DNA of 64,000 bases from Eledone cirrhosa (GCA_964016885.1 OZ024740.1:185008001-185072000), one strand, 5' to 3'. Numbered from the stretch's first letter, positions 18,341 through 33,893 are shown. A program made the numbers and translations. The notes: a model not told the origin generated them from the sequence alone.

Positions 18341-19317
18341 ACCTAGATCAACGTGAAATTGTGATGACGGGATATGGCCTATAATCTCCTTCCACTAATT
18401 AGTCCAGCATTCGATAGTGACCCTCAATGAAACGATAGTGACCCTCAATGCATAACTACTACACATCAAATCAGTGAAAAGGTCTCTATTGAACTACTTT
18501 ACACTGTTCTTAAAAGAGGTAGAATTTCCTTTATATCACTACTGTTTAAAATCAAACAGACACAGAAACCAGAGAAAGAGCTGGACAGCTGAATGCTTTC
18601 AGAGAATAAACTTACTCCAACCTCGTGCAAGTGCTAGACATCAAATCTAAAGGAGCTAAACCAGACCCAGGTCATAACTTCTGAGTGCTGTTCTGTTGTT
18701 GCCATTTTGTTTGGTCACTAGTTCGGTCAGAACCTTCACCTTCTAACATTTGGTATCGAGATTCTGACCAAATTCCTTGTCTCTATCTGTATATTGTGTC
18801 TGAATAAAATATGTTGGTGTTAGTTAGAACACCTTGGACCATAGGGTTATTTGATCTGTGACTCAGCAATAACAACAACTGGTCAAAAGTTTTGGCCGTT
18901 GCTATAGTTTACACTCACTTACTCAGACCACTGAAATGTAAATGACCCAATCTAATATTAATTATCAAAAAGAAACAAATACTAAATTCATAGCAGTGAT
19001 TGAATTTGATCGTTATACATTTAGAATCATCAATATTAATACCTCATGCAACACTATTAGATTACTTGACTCAGAATTATGTTCAAAGCCAGTAATATAT
19101 GCAAAAATGTATTCTACATAGCTAGGTAAAGTGCCCCTTTAATTTACAGTCATGACAAGCAATGTGATACATATATTATTTAAATTGTTTGTAAGTAATA
19201 TATCTTTTAGAGACTACAGTTTTACCATGGTTTTCCTTTGTTTTGTTTTTTCATCTCATCTTATCAAATATTATTAACAATGTTATATTTATTTTCGTTT
19301 GATCAACAGAATATGTC

Positions 19318-19358
<41 letters not shown>

Positions 19359-19449
19359 CAGAGGCGAGTGAAAAAGTTTCTGATACTCAGCTAACTAGTA
19401 GAAATAAATCCTTTGATATCTATGTCCATGCTCCAAGATTCATAATTAC

Positions 19450-19500
<51 letters not shown>

Positions 19501-20624
19501 CACACACATATATATATATCATTATATACCCACTTCTCCATGCCTGCATAGGTCGGAGGAGTCCTTTCCAGCACATCCTCCCTCTTCCTATATTTCATAC
19601 ATATAAATTTGCACACACATACACATATATTCCTCAGAAATATATTTATTTCATATAAATAATTGTACAGTTGAACAAGACAATGGGAAGTTTTATGTCA
19701 ATCTATTTGTCTTTTATTTTTACTTTTGTTGTTTTATTCCTTTGTTTTATTTTCCCCAAATATTATGCTTAGTAAAAAAAGAAAGTAAAATAAAAATAAA
19801 ATAAAGAAATACTTCAAAGCATTTGGTTACTAGAAAACAGTGTATAGACAGCTACTTATTTTATCGAAGATTCTACATCAAATATATCTCTCGTATTTCT
19901 TATGACTAATTAAATTCATCTAAATATTGAATCACATTAATATGTGTTCTTGCAGTTTATGTAAGCTATTGTTGTTTTAACATGAAAGTAAATAAAGATG
20001 TGTTCAATAAAGTTGTAAATGTACTTTAATTTATAAAGAAAATATAATGTGTTCCTATGTTTGTTTAACTGAAATAGAACCATTGATCTGAGAAATCTAA
20101 CTGTAAAATGAAATTTATGCCAAATGAGGTTAAATTTACTTTTGATATCTGATTCGAATATAATTGGAAATTATTAGAAACATATATTATTATTGAATGT
20201 GCAACTGACAATCTCCAGTACTAATAAATAAAGAAGACATAAAAATCATTAGACAATATTAAGTATGTATGTGCCTCGATATGGTTGCTCTTCCTGCAAG
20301 AAATAACTGTTAAATCTCCTTCAAATTACACCCTATATACTCTTATGTAATGAAGGAAACCTATACATAGTAGCTAAATGTGATATAAATAGCAGCCTAA
20401 TCTTTGTCAAATTCCATCCTATGAGTGAAACCTCATCATGATCTCTAGAGCTGTTAGATATAGAAGTTAAATTTCACTGAAATCATTCTCTACTGTCTTA
20501 AATGAATAAAGAAGCACATAAGATAATGTGGCCTTAATTACCTCTAAATGACGGGATAGTCATGGCTAGAATTCCTTTGATCAAAAGAACAAAAGCCCCC
20601 GTTTAACCTATTAGTTAGTAATTT

Positions 20625-20811
20625 TGGTGCCATGATAAAAACACCCAGTGAACGCTGTAAATATGTTTGGTGTTAAGGACATCCAACCATAGTAACCAAG
20701 CCAAAAACAAATGAGCAAGACATGGTCATCTGATCGAATTTGTCTCAATGGGACAACTCATCTAACCCATGTTAGCATGGAAAAATGGACGTTAAACAGT
20801 GATTATGATGA
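20625..20811 (+). mobile_element. Degenerate RTE-family 3' tail
   Basis: Ends ctaacccatgttagcatggaaaaatggacgttaaacagtgattatgatg. Confidence 0.6.
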
Positions 20812-21429
20812 GGTTTACATGAAAAGAACTGTTCTTGTGCTAGTCAACAACAATATACGCACCATGGTAACACTAGTATAGATAACCGTCTCAGATAACC
20901 GTCTCTAACACTAGTATAGATAACTCTTTACTGTGCCATTGTGCTAAATGTTTAGTGTAAGACAGAGAATCAATATTATTTAAAAGCTTTCTTACAGCTG
21001 ATTGCCCTTCTCATTACCTCATTTATTCACCTCATACAATATGCAGATATGTGGTGTATCCATTTTAAAACTAGGATAAACATTTATTTTATATTGTTTC
21101 TTTCTGACTATTAAACATTTTTGAGAATCAATATATTTTACTTTGTTAATCTTCCTGAAACTTGTTTGTAACCAAGACAATGAGCTGACTGTAGCTCAGT
21201 ACAGCAAGCATAAAAGAGACACCTTATTATATAGATGTCCTGATTCTTGATGTATTTTTGTTCATTTTCTGTGAAATAAAACTGAAATTAAGCTATCAGA
21301 AAACGGTCAAAATAGAAATAGCAGCCAAATTTACCATATCAAGAAAAATGAAGGGCATGAAATAAAGCGGAATAAGTAAATTACTTTAAAACATAAGTGA
21401 AATGATGTTCAAACAATCTTTTGAGTATT

Positions 21430-21946
21430 CCAAAATATGAAGGAAAGTCAAACTGGATGAGATGTAGTTCAGTTTTGAACCAGGGAAGAGTACTACAGAA
21501 ACTCTCTACTTAATGAGACATCTACAAGAGAAGTTCTTTGTCAAAAGTAAGCCTCTATATTTATTTTGTTAATCTAGAGAAGCTTTTGACAGAGTTCTAC
21601 AATCGTTAATTTAGTGGTCCTTAAAGAAACTAGGAGTAGAAGAATGTACATAGGAACTGTTAGGACAGTGAGAGTAGGAAGTGAGTTTAGTGAGGAATTC
21701 AAAGTACAGGTGGGAGTGCATCAGTGCTTGATTCTTAACCCACTTCTGATTATTAGAGTACATCAGGCAATAACAGAGGAGTTTGAGACATGTTGTACCT
21801 GGGAAGATTTGTATGCTGATGATTTGGTTCATATAATGGAATTCATGGAATTACCAAAGTAAATTGAAGCATGAGGCTGAGCTGAAAATGACCTGTTTAA
21901 CCCATTCAAGTATGGAAAAGCAAACAGAAAATAATAATGATGATGA
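21430..21946 (+). mobile_element. Degraded, internally deleted RTE LINE
   Basis: Encodes SEEFKVQVGVHQ...LYADDLV, homologous to 14993-15346, and ends in a gatgatg tail. Confidence 0.75.
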
Positions 21947-23283
21947 TGTATATATATACAGATATACATACAAACATATGTCTTTGTGTGCATAAACTTA
22001 TGTGCAAGCATTATACCAGTAATGCACTGGCTAATTGCTGGCCTTGTGCCTAAAGTATAAACAATTATTACACTCATACATGTATTATCTCTCTCTCTCT
22101 CTATTACTAATATCTCATAATATATATATGAGTCATAAACATACGGAAATTATTTATTAATGGAATATCTTGCAAGTTAAATGAAATTTCCAGTATATCA
22201 TTGTCAATTTACTTCCTATGTAGAATAAATGCGATATCTTTATTAGGAATATTGTCTCAAACAGGCCAAGTTTCTTTATGTATTACTTGTGGTGTAATAA
22301 TACACTTATACTCTGCTCTCTAGAAATACGAGATCATTTGTTAATCTTTATAATACATGACATCATTGTATGCTTTAGAATACTCAGTGAATTGTGTAAA
22401 CAGAACGTATTTCTTTGGGATTTATAACAATTTTGCTTTATTCTTGCGATTATTCCTTGTCTTCTTTTATTTCTGTTGCTTTGATCCTGTTAATGTAAGA
22501 AATGTCTTAAATTGTTTCAGAAAGCTAGTACAATGAAACTTTGAAAAAATGAAATGAAAAGAGAAGGAAAATAAAACAGCAGCTTTTACTTTTACCTTAT
22601 ATTGCAATATTTCAAACCCTTTATGAAGAGAAAATGGCATATGGTTTCTCTTAATAAATGAGTTTTTAAACTAAAAATTTTAAATATTAGGTGTGCAAAG
22701 GTGGAAAAAGCTGATATAAAGAGACTGATGCATACAAAGAAAAGAAACAATTGTAGAGATACCGTAATGCAGAAGTCTCATCTAACTAAGCTGAGCAAGG
22801 GAAAATGGATGTAAATACAATAATAATGATGATGCAAGCTGATGTTCTGTTTTACTTTGTTTTTCTTTGATTTTCAAACCTTTATTTCCAACTTGCATTA
22901 TACTGGCTTTCAAAAACAATTTTAATAATGATAATTGTATCCCACACTGCTTCATGTAAACTATATTACAATAATATACAACATTTCATTTTAATAATTC
23001 ATTCAGTGATTGGTGGAAACCTGTATTATGTTTCCTGAACATTTTTACAAATCATACATATTCAAGTATCAGCAGCAGCAGTAGCATTTGTATGTCTACA
23101 TTTGCATATGGCAAATATTTAAATATATCATATTTTTCACAACTTCTCTGCATTTCTTGCTGTCTTTCGTCAACTGATCTGTGAAGTTCACTATTCTGAG
23201 ACCATTCCTTAGAATTTATAGTCACATCATTTTAAGTCTTCTACTTCTCCAGGTTTCTTCTACTTGCAATATTTGGTTCTAGT

Positions 23284-23540
23284 GGAGGAACAATTGCAAT
23301 ATAGAACTATATTTTGAAGATTCCATGACTGGATTGTGTGTTGAGTTTTTGAACAAAACACTTCATTTCACGTTGCTCCAATATATACAGCTGCAACTGA
23401 GTATCAGCAATAGCTAGGGGTTTAATCCTCTGATGGAATTGCATCCTGTCTAGAGGGGAGTCTTTTACTCTCAGTTACCTCATACCATGAAAACCAGGAT
23501 AAGGACCAGTCTGATGAGCCTCTGGGCTTAAGAGAGACTT
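23284..23540 (+). mobile_element. MetaSINE-like SINE
   Basis: Homologous to 11028-11308: gatggaattgcatcctgtctagaggggag...aaaccaggataaggaccagtctgatgagcc. Confidence 0.6.
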
Positions 23541-24881
23541 TAGACTTGAATAAGGCACAGTTCTCATTTACACGTTATCTCTGAATTCCAAAATTCAAGT
23601 CAATTCTCCCCCTCCAACTAAAACAGTAATATTAAATATCTATTAGGGCAATCACAAATTGTATCCTTTCATACAATTCCACTCAACTATTATTTCGAGT
23701 TGCCCATGGCATTGGATTTTTTCTCTAGTACATTACTGCAGACAACTCTGGTGCCTATATTTATTCTAAGATACTTGTGTTCCTTCATTCATCCATGCTA
23801 AAGGTACATATTCAGCAAAGCATGCATATCAAACTTCTTTCTATCATGCCCATGTTCTCCACATCCTGTGCCCATGTCTTATTCCTATAAAACATCATAC
23901 TTTGTGTACAACATAGTCTACCCTCCTGTTTTATAGAGAAAGCTTTCGTTACCAATAGAGGCTATACTGCCTAGAACATTCTCTACCCTATCATTTCTCT
24001 GGCTATTCTGCTTTCACTGCAGTCACCTTCATTGGTGATTGTTACATAAATACCAGATGCTATCAGCTACTTCAAGCAAATCATCTGTACAGTTACAACA
24101 AATAATTTTTCTGGTGTTCTTAATACTAAATATTCCTATAGATTTATATGCATAAATATTCTATGCATTTATATATTGCTAAATATTTGACTGTGCCATT
24201 GTGCATGCTTCGAGCCCTTGAGCTACTGATATGGTTCCCAGCTATGATTTGAGTGAATGTCTGTAAATGTAAGTATCACATATGTTCCGTAAAAGTTGCT
24301 CATAAAAGCTGTCCTTTTGTTCCTTACTTAGTCCTGCTTGAGGGGCATAGTTAGAGATAATTGTTGGGATTCAATTGCCTATGATTGTTCTAAATTTGAT
24401 CGTTCTGATGCTTACTCTAACCACTTTGATTAACTTACATACCCACTTCTCAAATAGTAGAATGCATACTCCACCTACCCCATCATCATCATATATATAT
24501 ATATATATGATTATATATTTGCATATATATTTTATTGGTGTGTAACGTTTAGTTACTCTTGGTTCACCAATTTGAGCACTCGATGTCAATATGGGTCTGG
24601 CTGCTGATGTGGTATTATACATTTGGTATTACAGAGTAGTATGTATCCTTAAAAAGCAGAGTATTAATAATAATACTAATATTAAGGAATCTACAAGTTT
24701 GATAAGCTATTGATTTCAGAGTCAGGCCCGATTGATACTGATCATACCTTCAGCTGATCGATTGTGAAATGCCCGTCACAACTGAATAAACATAATGATG
24801 TTATTGATACTTCATTCCTGCTCCTTATTATTATTATTATTGTTATTGTTATTATTATTGTTGTTGTTGTTGTTGTCATTA

Positions 24882-25075
24882 GGTGGGGCATTGGGAATAT
24901 TGGTAGAGCATTTGACACTATGCTTTGCAGCATAGAGTTATGGCCCTTTACCTTCTGGGTTAAAATCCCTCTGCCTTTCACCCTTAAGGGATTGATAAAT
25001 AAAGCACTGGGGTTGATTTAATCGTTTGTCCCTACACTTTCAAATTGCTGGCCTTGTGCCTATATCAGAAATTAT
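24882..25075 (+). mobile_element. Octopus-type SINE
   Basis: Homologous to 38762-38935, followed by an (ATT)n tail. Confidence 0.65.
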
Positions 25076-27520
25076 CATTATTATTATTACTATTATTATT
25101 ATTATTATTATTATTATAATATACATATCTATAGTTCTAAATTTTTTAGACAAAGCTTCACTAATGTGATTCATTTTCTGACATTTGAGTTTTTACAAAA
25201 ATATTTTGATGATAATTTAACTCTTTCATATTTTTGTGTCTCCACATAAAATAATAATTTCAATTTAAAATATATTGTTATATATAAAAACAACAAAACA
25301 CATTCACAGAAAAAACATATGATATAAACACTCATAGTTTATGGATTCATATATATTGACATGCATGAAGGCAGCAATTGTTAACATTGGGTTTTGTTGA
25401 TGTTTGTTAACATTGCTTTTTATATTGAGAATATTTTCATGTGTTGTATAATAATTGAAATAAAAGTATAACAAAGAAATCTAAAAACAATGCATCCAAA
25501 AATCCTATTCCATGGAAAAACAAATAGATACACACAAACAAACACGAATACACACAATCATATAAACACACACACAGGGGAAAGTCACACTAATAAAAAC
25601 ACACACATGCACATACACACAAGAAGACACACACATACACAAACTCACAAGAATACACACACATTTACATAAGCACACACATAGGAGAAAGTCACACTAA
25701 TGAAAACACACAAACATGCACACAAACACACAAACAAAGAGAGTGAAACTTACACAAATGAAAACAATGCACAAGCATAATTAAATAAATTGATTTAAAA
25801 AAAGAAACTGATTGCAGTTTTGTTTTTGGAAGGCAATTTTATGAGAGGTTCAGTATGTGAAATGCAACAAGATCAACAACTAATGTGATATCTGAGCTGG
25901 AACAGTCAATAAGACTCCATCCAGTAATAAATAAAAAGAAAAACATCCCAATTTTAAAGAATTAAACAGTAAGCGTTTATATATAAATAGTATATATTAC
26001 AATGAGATAACAGAGAAATCAGTTAACTGGATTTTTATTATATCTCTTGTCTCCAATGATGGCTTTGCTTGGATATAGTAGTGAAATAAGTTCTGCAAAC
26101 ATAGGTGATATAGAATTGAGGAATTTTACTGACATACAGACTAATGTTAGAGGTAGTTATTATGTAAATCGAATGGTTGGTTTAAAGGGTAGAAACAGTG
26201 CTTTAAAAAGAAAATCATTCATGGAGCTGTTATCTCTATTTGGCAACACAGATTTCACCTCCTCTTCCTACACTTCATCCTTTGCCAATCCTCCACTTTG
26301 ATGATTTTGATTCACATGTTCAAAGTCTGTTTCTGCATAGTAGAGAAAGGAATCTGTTTTCTGAAACTGTTTGTTGCTATACAACACATCAATCTTCCTG
26401 TCCATTCCCACTGTTTTCTAGTTTCTTTAGATTCTTTTAATGTTTTTGTAATATACAACACAAAATGTTGTTGCTAGCTTCTAACTCAACTCTCCTTAAT
26501 TCCTTCATTATAAAGAAGGCATTGAGTGGTGTCTCATGACCCATTTACCATGTACTGCAGCTGATTCTGAGAGATGATATAGAAAGAAAAACTAAGGGGA
26601 AAAAGACTAGAATTACCTCCAGTATTTCTATAGTACTTCATTTATCAAACCAAGAAAGATGAAAAGCAATATACACTGTGGTGGAATCTGAAATTGGAGT
26701 ACAAAAATCCAGTACAGTTAACACAAAGCATCTGTCTAAGCCTAATGTTCTAATGATTCTGTCAATCTACCACCTCAAAAAGTAATAACGATGGTGAATC
26801 TTGTAGTTCTGGCGTAATGTGAGAGGAGTGAGCTAAGATTATCACTTCAAGGTGTTAAATACATTTATAAGAAAGTCTGAGATAAAATAAAGAGAGGAGT
26901 TAGCAAAGAAGCAGATGTTTTAGCAGATATATATGTGAGCTATATGACTACTGATTTGATTATTTATTGTAAATGAAGTTGTTGTTTAGCCCTAAGTCAG
27001 CTCTCAGATAGAATGGACCTATGATCAAAAGCAATGATACAGTTCTGCTCATGCCAGTTTGTTTAATATGACCCCTCTTTTTTAAAGACTGCAGACTATG
27101 ATTTGAGGAAAATTTGTCTGTAGGTTGAGTGAATTCATATAGGCTTTCTCATCAGTTGGAATTAATGTTTGACCCTATGTCAGCCATGATCTAGCATATG
27201 ATTAAAGTCATTTCATTCATGCCAACCCTCTCTTTTTACACGAAAAAATATATACACTATTCAATGTATTCTTGATTTATTAGGATGGAAGAGTATGATT
27301 TAAAACAGATTGAGCTGCTATTTCTAGCACATTGAGTTACCAGATAGATGTTCCAAATAACAGGTAAAATGTTTCCTGTTTGTTAATGTTGAAGAAAATG
27401 TTAAGGTAAAGATGACATCAGACGAAACTTTGGATATGACTGAAATGATAGTGTCTAAGTGTCTCAGCACTATGTCATCTGAGTCAAATCTCCATCACAT
27501 GACAACCCTATCATCTTAGT

Positions 27521-27800
27521 AAAGGATAAATACCCCCTTCGGTCACAAATGACCATGGGATTTGCACCTAGAAAGTTTACCTCCAAGGCACAAGTCAAAG
27601 CAGGGTGTTTGTGGAAGACCAGCAGTCGCCCATGCATACCAGCCTCCCCTCAGTACACCACAGATGATGTCCAAGGGAAAGACAATGGCTAATACAGCTT
27701 GACATCAGTGACGTCGCAACTCATTTCTACAACTGAGTAAACTGGAGCAACGGGAAATAAAGTACCTTGCTCAAGGACACAGCGCACCTCCCTGTCCCAG
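27521..27800 (-). mobile_element. SINE with Deu/Nin-like body
   Basis: Minus strand reads tgtgtccttgagcaaggtactttatttc...ttgtgccttggaggtaaactttctaggtgcaaatcccatgg. The family assignment is from memory. Confidence 0.55.
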
Positions 27801-28353
27801 TAAAGGATACATTATAGTAAAAATATTGGATAGTCATGACTTGACAGTATTTGAGCATAGGTATTGCTGCTGAATGAGGAATGTGTTTAGCCTGTGGCCA
27901 ACCAACAACATGATGTGATGTTATATAGCAGGTCTATTCAATGTAGGATAAAAAGTGTCCAGCATGGAAACATATATATAAACACTAATATCATGAAAAT
28001 GTAGTGTGTGATTAAGATGATGCTTATAATGAAGATATTGATGGTGTTTATCATCATCATAAAAGCTTTAAATTTTCATTTATTCTACATTGGACTATAT
28101 TATGCATTTATACATCCTTCAACTAAATATGTATATCATTATAGTCATCACCGACATTACTATCATCAGCATTATCATTGCTACCATTGCTGTTGCCATC
28201 TTTGTCATTCATTACTGTGTTTTTTTTTTCATCTCAATATCAATGAAAGTCACACACCGTTTGTCAATAAATAGTGAACAATTCTGTTATGATATGAAGA
28301 TTCAAGGAAATTGAAATTCCACATCAGAACTGATAAAATTGATATTGAAAACT

Positions 28354-28368
<15 letters not shown>

Positions 28369-28385
<17 letters not shown>

Positions 28386-28395
28386 GGGGGGGGGG
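28369..28395 (+). repeat. 27-nt poly-G tract following (GT)n
   Basis: Seen directly. Confidence 0.9.
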
Positions 28396-29734
28396 CAGAA
28401 GAATTTTCACTGAACCATTTTCAATATAAATTTTAACCGGGAAAGTGATGTTAGGTTTTTGGTACTTTTTGATTATTATTAAACTACCATATTTCGTGTA
28501 GATTTTCATTTTTACAAACTTCACATTTTTTCAATATTAGATTTTTAATTTAGCAAGTTAATATTTGCAGATTTCCTTCAGAAATAGAGAGGATTTTTTA
28601 TTTATACATGCTTTTTATTGTTTTGTTTTTGTTATTTATATATCTTTTACATTTTAAACACCTTTTAATGTCTTTGGCTAGTTTCTTTGCCATTCCTTCT
28701 TTCATTCCTTGTATATACTTTTATATACTCTTATTCATAAAGTAGATCAAAGATGAAGAGATATTACTGCTGAACAAGCAATGTGGAATGTCTTCGAAAA
28801 TATTATTAATCCTCCTGTTGCAATACTTGTAAAAGTAAAATTGATTTTTCACAAGATAGTCAACATGTTTTCTGCGTTCTGTCTTTTGCCATTTTGTTTA
28901 AGTTTCTTTCATTTTTGTTTTTGTAATTTTTCTTTCACCTGATTCTTATCTAGACATAAGAATTAAATATTAAATATTCACCAGCAATGTCTTTTCTTTC
29001 TTCTCTTTGCAAGTGAGCAATATATAGTAAATATAGTAGACAGTTCCCAATATTTGATGCGACTGGAATGAATTAAGATTTACAAATTTGACAACATAGG
29101 TAAACAAACACAAAAAAGTACCAACAAAACAATACAAAAACAACTGGCATATTTTTATCTAAGATATTCGCTTATCTCATTTAAACAATACTTAAATCGC
29201 ATTTACTTGACAACTTTGTAAATGTTTAGGAACAACATACATATAAATTATCTGATATGCTTTATTGGTAGTGGGAAGTGTGATATTTATTCATTAATAG
29301 ACTTTTATCTTATGTTCTACATGATGGTTTCATTATTCTGTTCTGTTCTCTGATTGTCTTCATGTATCACACACTTACAATTGTCTGCATATGTGTGTGC
29401 GACCATGAGGTTTGGGGTTAAATCCTGTTGCATTGCATGTCAGGCAAGTGTCTTTTACTATTGCTTCATATTGAACCAAGGCTTGTGAGTGAAATTAGGT
29501 TGACAGAAATTGTATACACACACACATAGATATACATGTGTGTATGTGTCCTATTGAGTAAGAGACGAGACAAAACAGCAACATATAGCAATTAAGCTGT
29601 GACAAGTGCACATATAATTTCACAATATATATATATATATATATATATGTGTATCCCAGGTTCAATGGGGGGTAAACACAGTAAGTAAGGTAGTCAATAC
29701 ATAGCAGGGCTTTCTTGATTTCCTTCGAATGAAT

Positions 29735-30081
29735 AACAAAAATAGACCCCTGTCCCACTACTCCCACCCCATCCACACCACCCCATTCAATGTGAAGTTA
29801 TGTTGGTACCACAACATCCAGTCCGAAACAAATGAGGTTGTGTAGGTGTCACGACAAAAAAACACAGTCCACGCTGTAATGTGGCCGTGTAGGTAACATG
29901 GTAAAAACCTCCCAGTCCACTCTGTAAACATGGTTGGTGTTGGGAAGGGCATCCAGCCATAGAAAACCCGCCAGACAGTCCTATACGAGCAGGACAACCA
30001 ATCTTGCCTCAAGTGGGAAAACACACGTCCAAACCCATGCAAGCGTGGAAGATGGACGTTAAACGATGATGATGATGATGA
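29735..30081 (+). mobile_element. RTE 3' UTR fragment
   Basis: Reverse-complement homolog of 13814-14165, with a (GAT)n tail. Confidence 0.85.
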
Positions 30082-31626
30082 AACAGTTCTAGGCCTGTAG
30101 AAGCCATTTCTATATGAAATATATATGTATATATACAGAGAGAGAGAGAGGTTTATATTTACATATAGATTATCAGACAAGATAATATTTTTAATATCAA
30201 AATCAGTATGAATAGGAAAATACTCAAAGGGGGAGGGAGGGAAAGATGTTTTTGAAAAGATGTGTAGTGTGTAGGGGAGAAAGAAAAGAATTATGAAAAA
30301 AGAAAGGGGATGGAAAAAGAAATTAAAAAAAAACTAAGTGAAATAAGCAAAGTATGGACATGGTAAATGTGACGATGATGATGATAAGAATTAATAAGTT
30401 TAGCAAAAGGGTGAAGTTTCAGGTGATGATGATGAATGGGGTAAATGAGTTGAATTGAAATAACAGAGGGGTGTAAGTATGTATATATCAATTGATGGCA
30501 GTGTGAATAAAATATTTATTGAACAATAGAATTACTGGTGTGTTTATGATGATGATGATGGAGTTGAAATAGGAATTAATAAAGAATCAGTAGATTGCCT
30601 TTGTATTGTGGTAGTGGATGGAGTGAATCAAATGAAATGGTTCAATAGATATCTGCTTGTGTGGGGTGATGGTGGAGATGGTTTTCAGTAGGGATTTATA
30701 AGATGATGATAGTGGTGAAAATAACTTTAATGAGTGGGTGGGTGTATAGAGTGTTGAGTGAATAATGTGGTGAGGGTATAATAGATTTACTATTGTAAAC
30801 AGTGGGTGATGAAGATGCTGATGATGAAGTAGGATTTGATATGAGAAAGAAGAGAACATGGTGTATGGAAAGTAAAAAGTAAAAGTGAATTCAGAAAAGT
30901 AAAAGAAAAATGGAATGGACATGCTATTGTGATGATGGTGAAGGAAAGTTAGGGATATAGTGGAATTAGCAAAAGAGGATGTTTAAGGTTATGGTGAACA
31001 GAAAATAACTTAAGGGGGTAGGTGAGTGTATGTAAGTTGGTGGAGGTGGATTTAGTGGATAATGGAATTACTTGAGAAGATATAGGTTATGGTATATCTG
31101 ATGACACTATTGGGATTTTGTTGTTGTCATTGCTTTTCTTGTTCAAATATAGATGGAAACGATCAACAAGATTCCAGACTTCATTTGTTTACCAAGTGGG
31201 GAGGAACTTGTCAAATCAGACCTAGGAAACAATGTTTCCATTGGTCTTTCCATTATTTATACTATCTACTGGCCACAACTCCTGCTAGGAAAGATAAATA
31301 TATTGGTAAATATTCATAGATAGATAGCTACAGGTTAATGTGCAGATAGAATGGTATGTAGATTGATAGACAAATTGATAGTTAGACAAACAGACGAATA
31401 GATAGATAGATAAATGTTTCTATCCTTGTCTGAAATAGGTAGATAGCCTATGGATGAATGTTGTTTTCACTAGTGACCATCATAACATTGTGTGTGAGAG
31501 GGTGGATAATAGAAGGAAGGAAATACGAATTATCATATCCCAAACAAAATTTCGCACAAAGTAGTTGTAATATGACAACCATGCTTTATTATAAAGATTA
31601 TATATATATATACATATACATATATA

Positions 31627-32226
31627 TCATCATCATCGTTTAACGTCCATCTTCCACGCGTGCATGGGTTTGGACGGGAATTTTCCCACTTGAGGCAAGA
31701 GTGGTTGTCTTGCTCGCATAGGACTGTCTGGCGGGTTTTCTACGGCTGGATGCCCTTTCTAACACCAACCACGTTTACAGTGTGGGGCTGGGAGGTTTTT
31801 ACCGTGTTGCCTACAGGCCACATTACAGCGTGGACTATGTTTTTTTGTCGTGACACCTACACGACCTCATTTGTTTCGGACTGGATGTTGTGGTACCAAC
31901 ATAACTTTACATTGAAAGGGGGTGGTGTCGATGGGGTGGGGGTAGTGGGACGGGGGGGGGGTATTTTTGTTAGAGGTGCCTATTGACTGTAGTAGGTTTC
32001 ACTTTGTACTTAGGTAAGGCGGGTCTTCTGTATTACTGTGTAGCACCAAAGATCTCGGTCCAGTGACATTGTCTTGGAGAGGTGTGTGTGAGGTCGGAAT
32101 TTATCAAGTCGTCCCAGGTTTTTCTGGGTCTGCCTCCTCCGTGGCTACCGTCTATTTTTATTGCCCTGCACTTTGTTATACAGCTGTTGTCTTTCATGCG
32201 CATCACGTGACCGTACCAACGTAGTC
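31627..32226 (-). mobile_element. RTE 3' fragment (ORF end plus 3' UTR)
   Basis: Encodes RLRWYGHVMRMKDNSCITKCRAIKIDG...GRPRKTW. High identity to 13814-14425. Confidence 0.9.
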
Positions 32227-32244
32227 TTATATATATATATATAT

Positions 32245-33850
32245 AATGTATAATAAACAATACAATATAATTACCTCATTACCAGAGCTTTCCCGAATAA
32301 GACTAATACGAAAAAAACGTCCTCATTCGTTCGTCGGACAAGGCAATATAAAACATAGTGAAATATTTGAAAGTCTCCTCAAGAAATGCAAAAAAATATA
32401 TACATATAATATATGTAATGCAAGAGATATATAACATATATAAAAAAATATAAGGAAATATAGTTAGGTGTGTGTATATGTATGTATATACACTCACAAA
32501 TGTACATATGTATGTATGTACAAATGTGTGTGTGTGGTGACAATGTGTGCATAAGTACATATATGAGGGCAAGTATATTTGTGTATATGTAACCACAAAT
32601 ACGGATATAATATGAGTTGAAAAAGAAAATGATAATATAGTTGACACGTATCCAGAAACAGGTATTAAATGCATATACGAGTATGAAAGCACGCGTATAA
32701 TTGTTTGTTGATGATATAAGATTTAAATCTTATATCATCAACAAAAAATCACCCAGAGAACATCAAAATTGCTCCTGTAGAGTCAAAAGTGAATGCCCAT
32801 TACAAGGTAAATGCAACACCAAAGCCATTGTATATGCGGCTAAAGTGACAACCATCAGCAACAACCAACCAGCCACCAGTGAACGATATGTGGGTATGAC
32901 ACAAGACAAATTCTAAACGCGTTATTACTCACATGTCGCATCCTTCCGACATCCAGAAAAAAAGATTCACAACAGCTCTGGCTAGCAGAATATGGGATTT
33001 GAAAGACCAAGGTATCCAATATAAATTGGATTGGTCAATTTTGAACCAATCTAAAGAATATGCAAGAGGAACAAGAAGATGCACGCTCTGCATAAATGAA
33101 AAATATTGGATTTTACAAAACCTTAAATCACCAAAAACCTGCCTAAATACAAAGACAGAGATTTTCACCAGTTGTCCACACATGAAATCACACTTGCTTT
33201 CCAGCTCATATAAACTTAACTCACTTTCAGATACTTATCCTCCATAAGCTCTTATTCTTCACTTAAATTATTCTCTTTAAAGACTACTCTTTCTTATTTA
33301 CTTTCATTTTTAACCTTATTTTTAATTTTATATTTATTTTTATTTTTATTTTTATTTTTATTTTTATTTTTATTTTTATTTTTATTTTTATTTTTATTTT
33401 TACTTCACATCCACCAGTACCCCCCCCCCTTATTCTTCGATTCACTTACCTAATATCTTCACGTTCCACATTTTACTTCCCTATTTTCTTTACTACCTGA
33501 TTACACAGTCACTTGCGTTTTCCACTCCAGATATTTACTGTTGTTTCGCAGCCGTTTTTATATTTGTACCCATTTATTCATAAGGCTGCTTTATACTCTG
33601 TATCTATGTGTCTGAGTGTCTTTATGTGTGTATACGTTCTGTATATGTACACGAACGCCTCCGTATGTGCGCGTGCGTGCGTGTATATATGTATGTGTGT
33701 ATGTGTGTTTTTATATCTGTGTTTTTACATCTATGTTTTTTTACATTCTTATTTTTATGTGTGTGTGTGTAAGCGAGTGAATGTACGTGAATGTGTATGT
33801 GTGTATGTGTGTATATATGTATTGTTTGTATGGGTGTGTATGTGTACGTG

Positions 33851-33893
<43 letters not shown>

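Noticed and set aside
19350-19395. Hammerhead-like motif on the minus strand (CTGAGTA...GAAA tatata)
   Set aside because: The core G is mutated and there is no stem I. It could be a decayed copy but is unsupported.
23511-23530. CTGATGAG motif
   Set aside because: It is part of the SINE 3' end and has no GAAA or stems.
26047-26440. Possible host exon
   Set aside because: Short ORFs with no recognisable domain or convincing splice pair.
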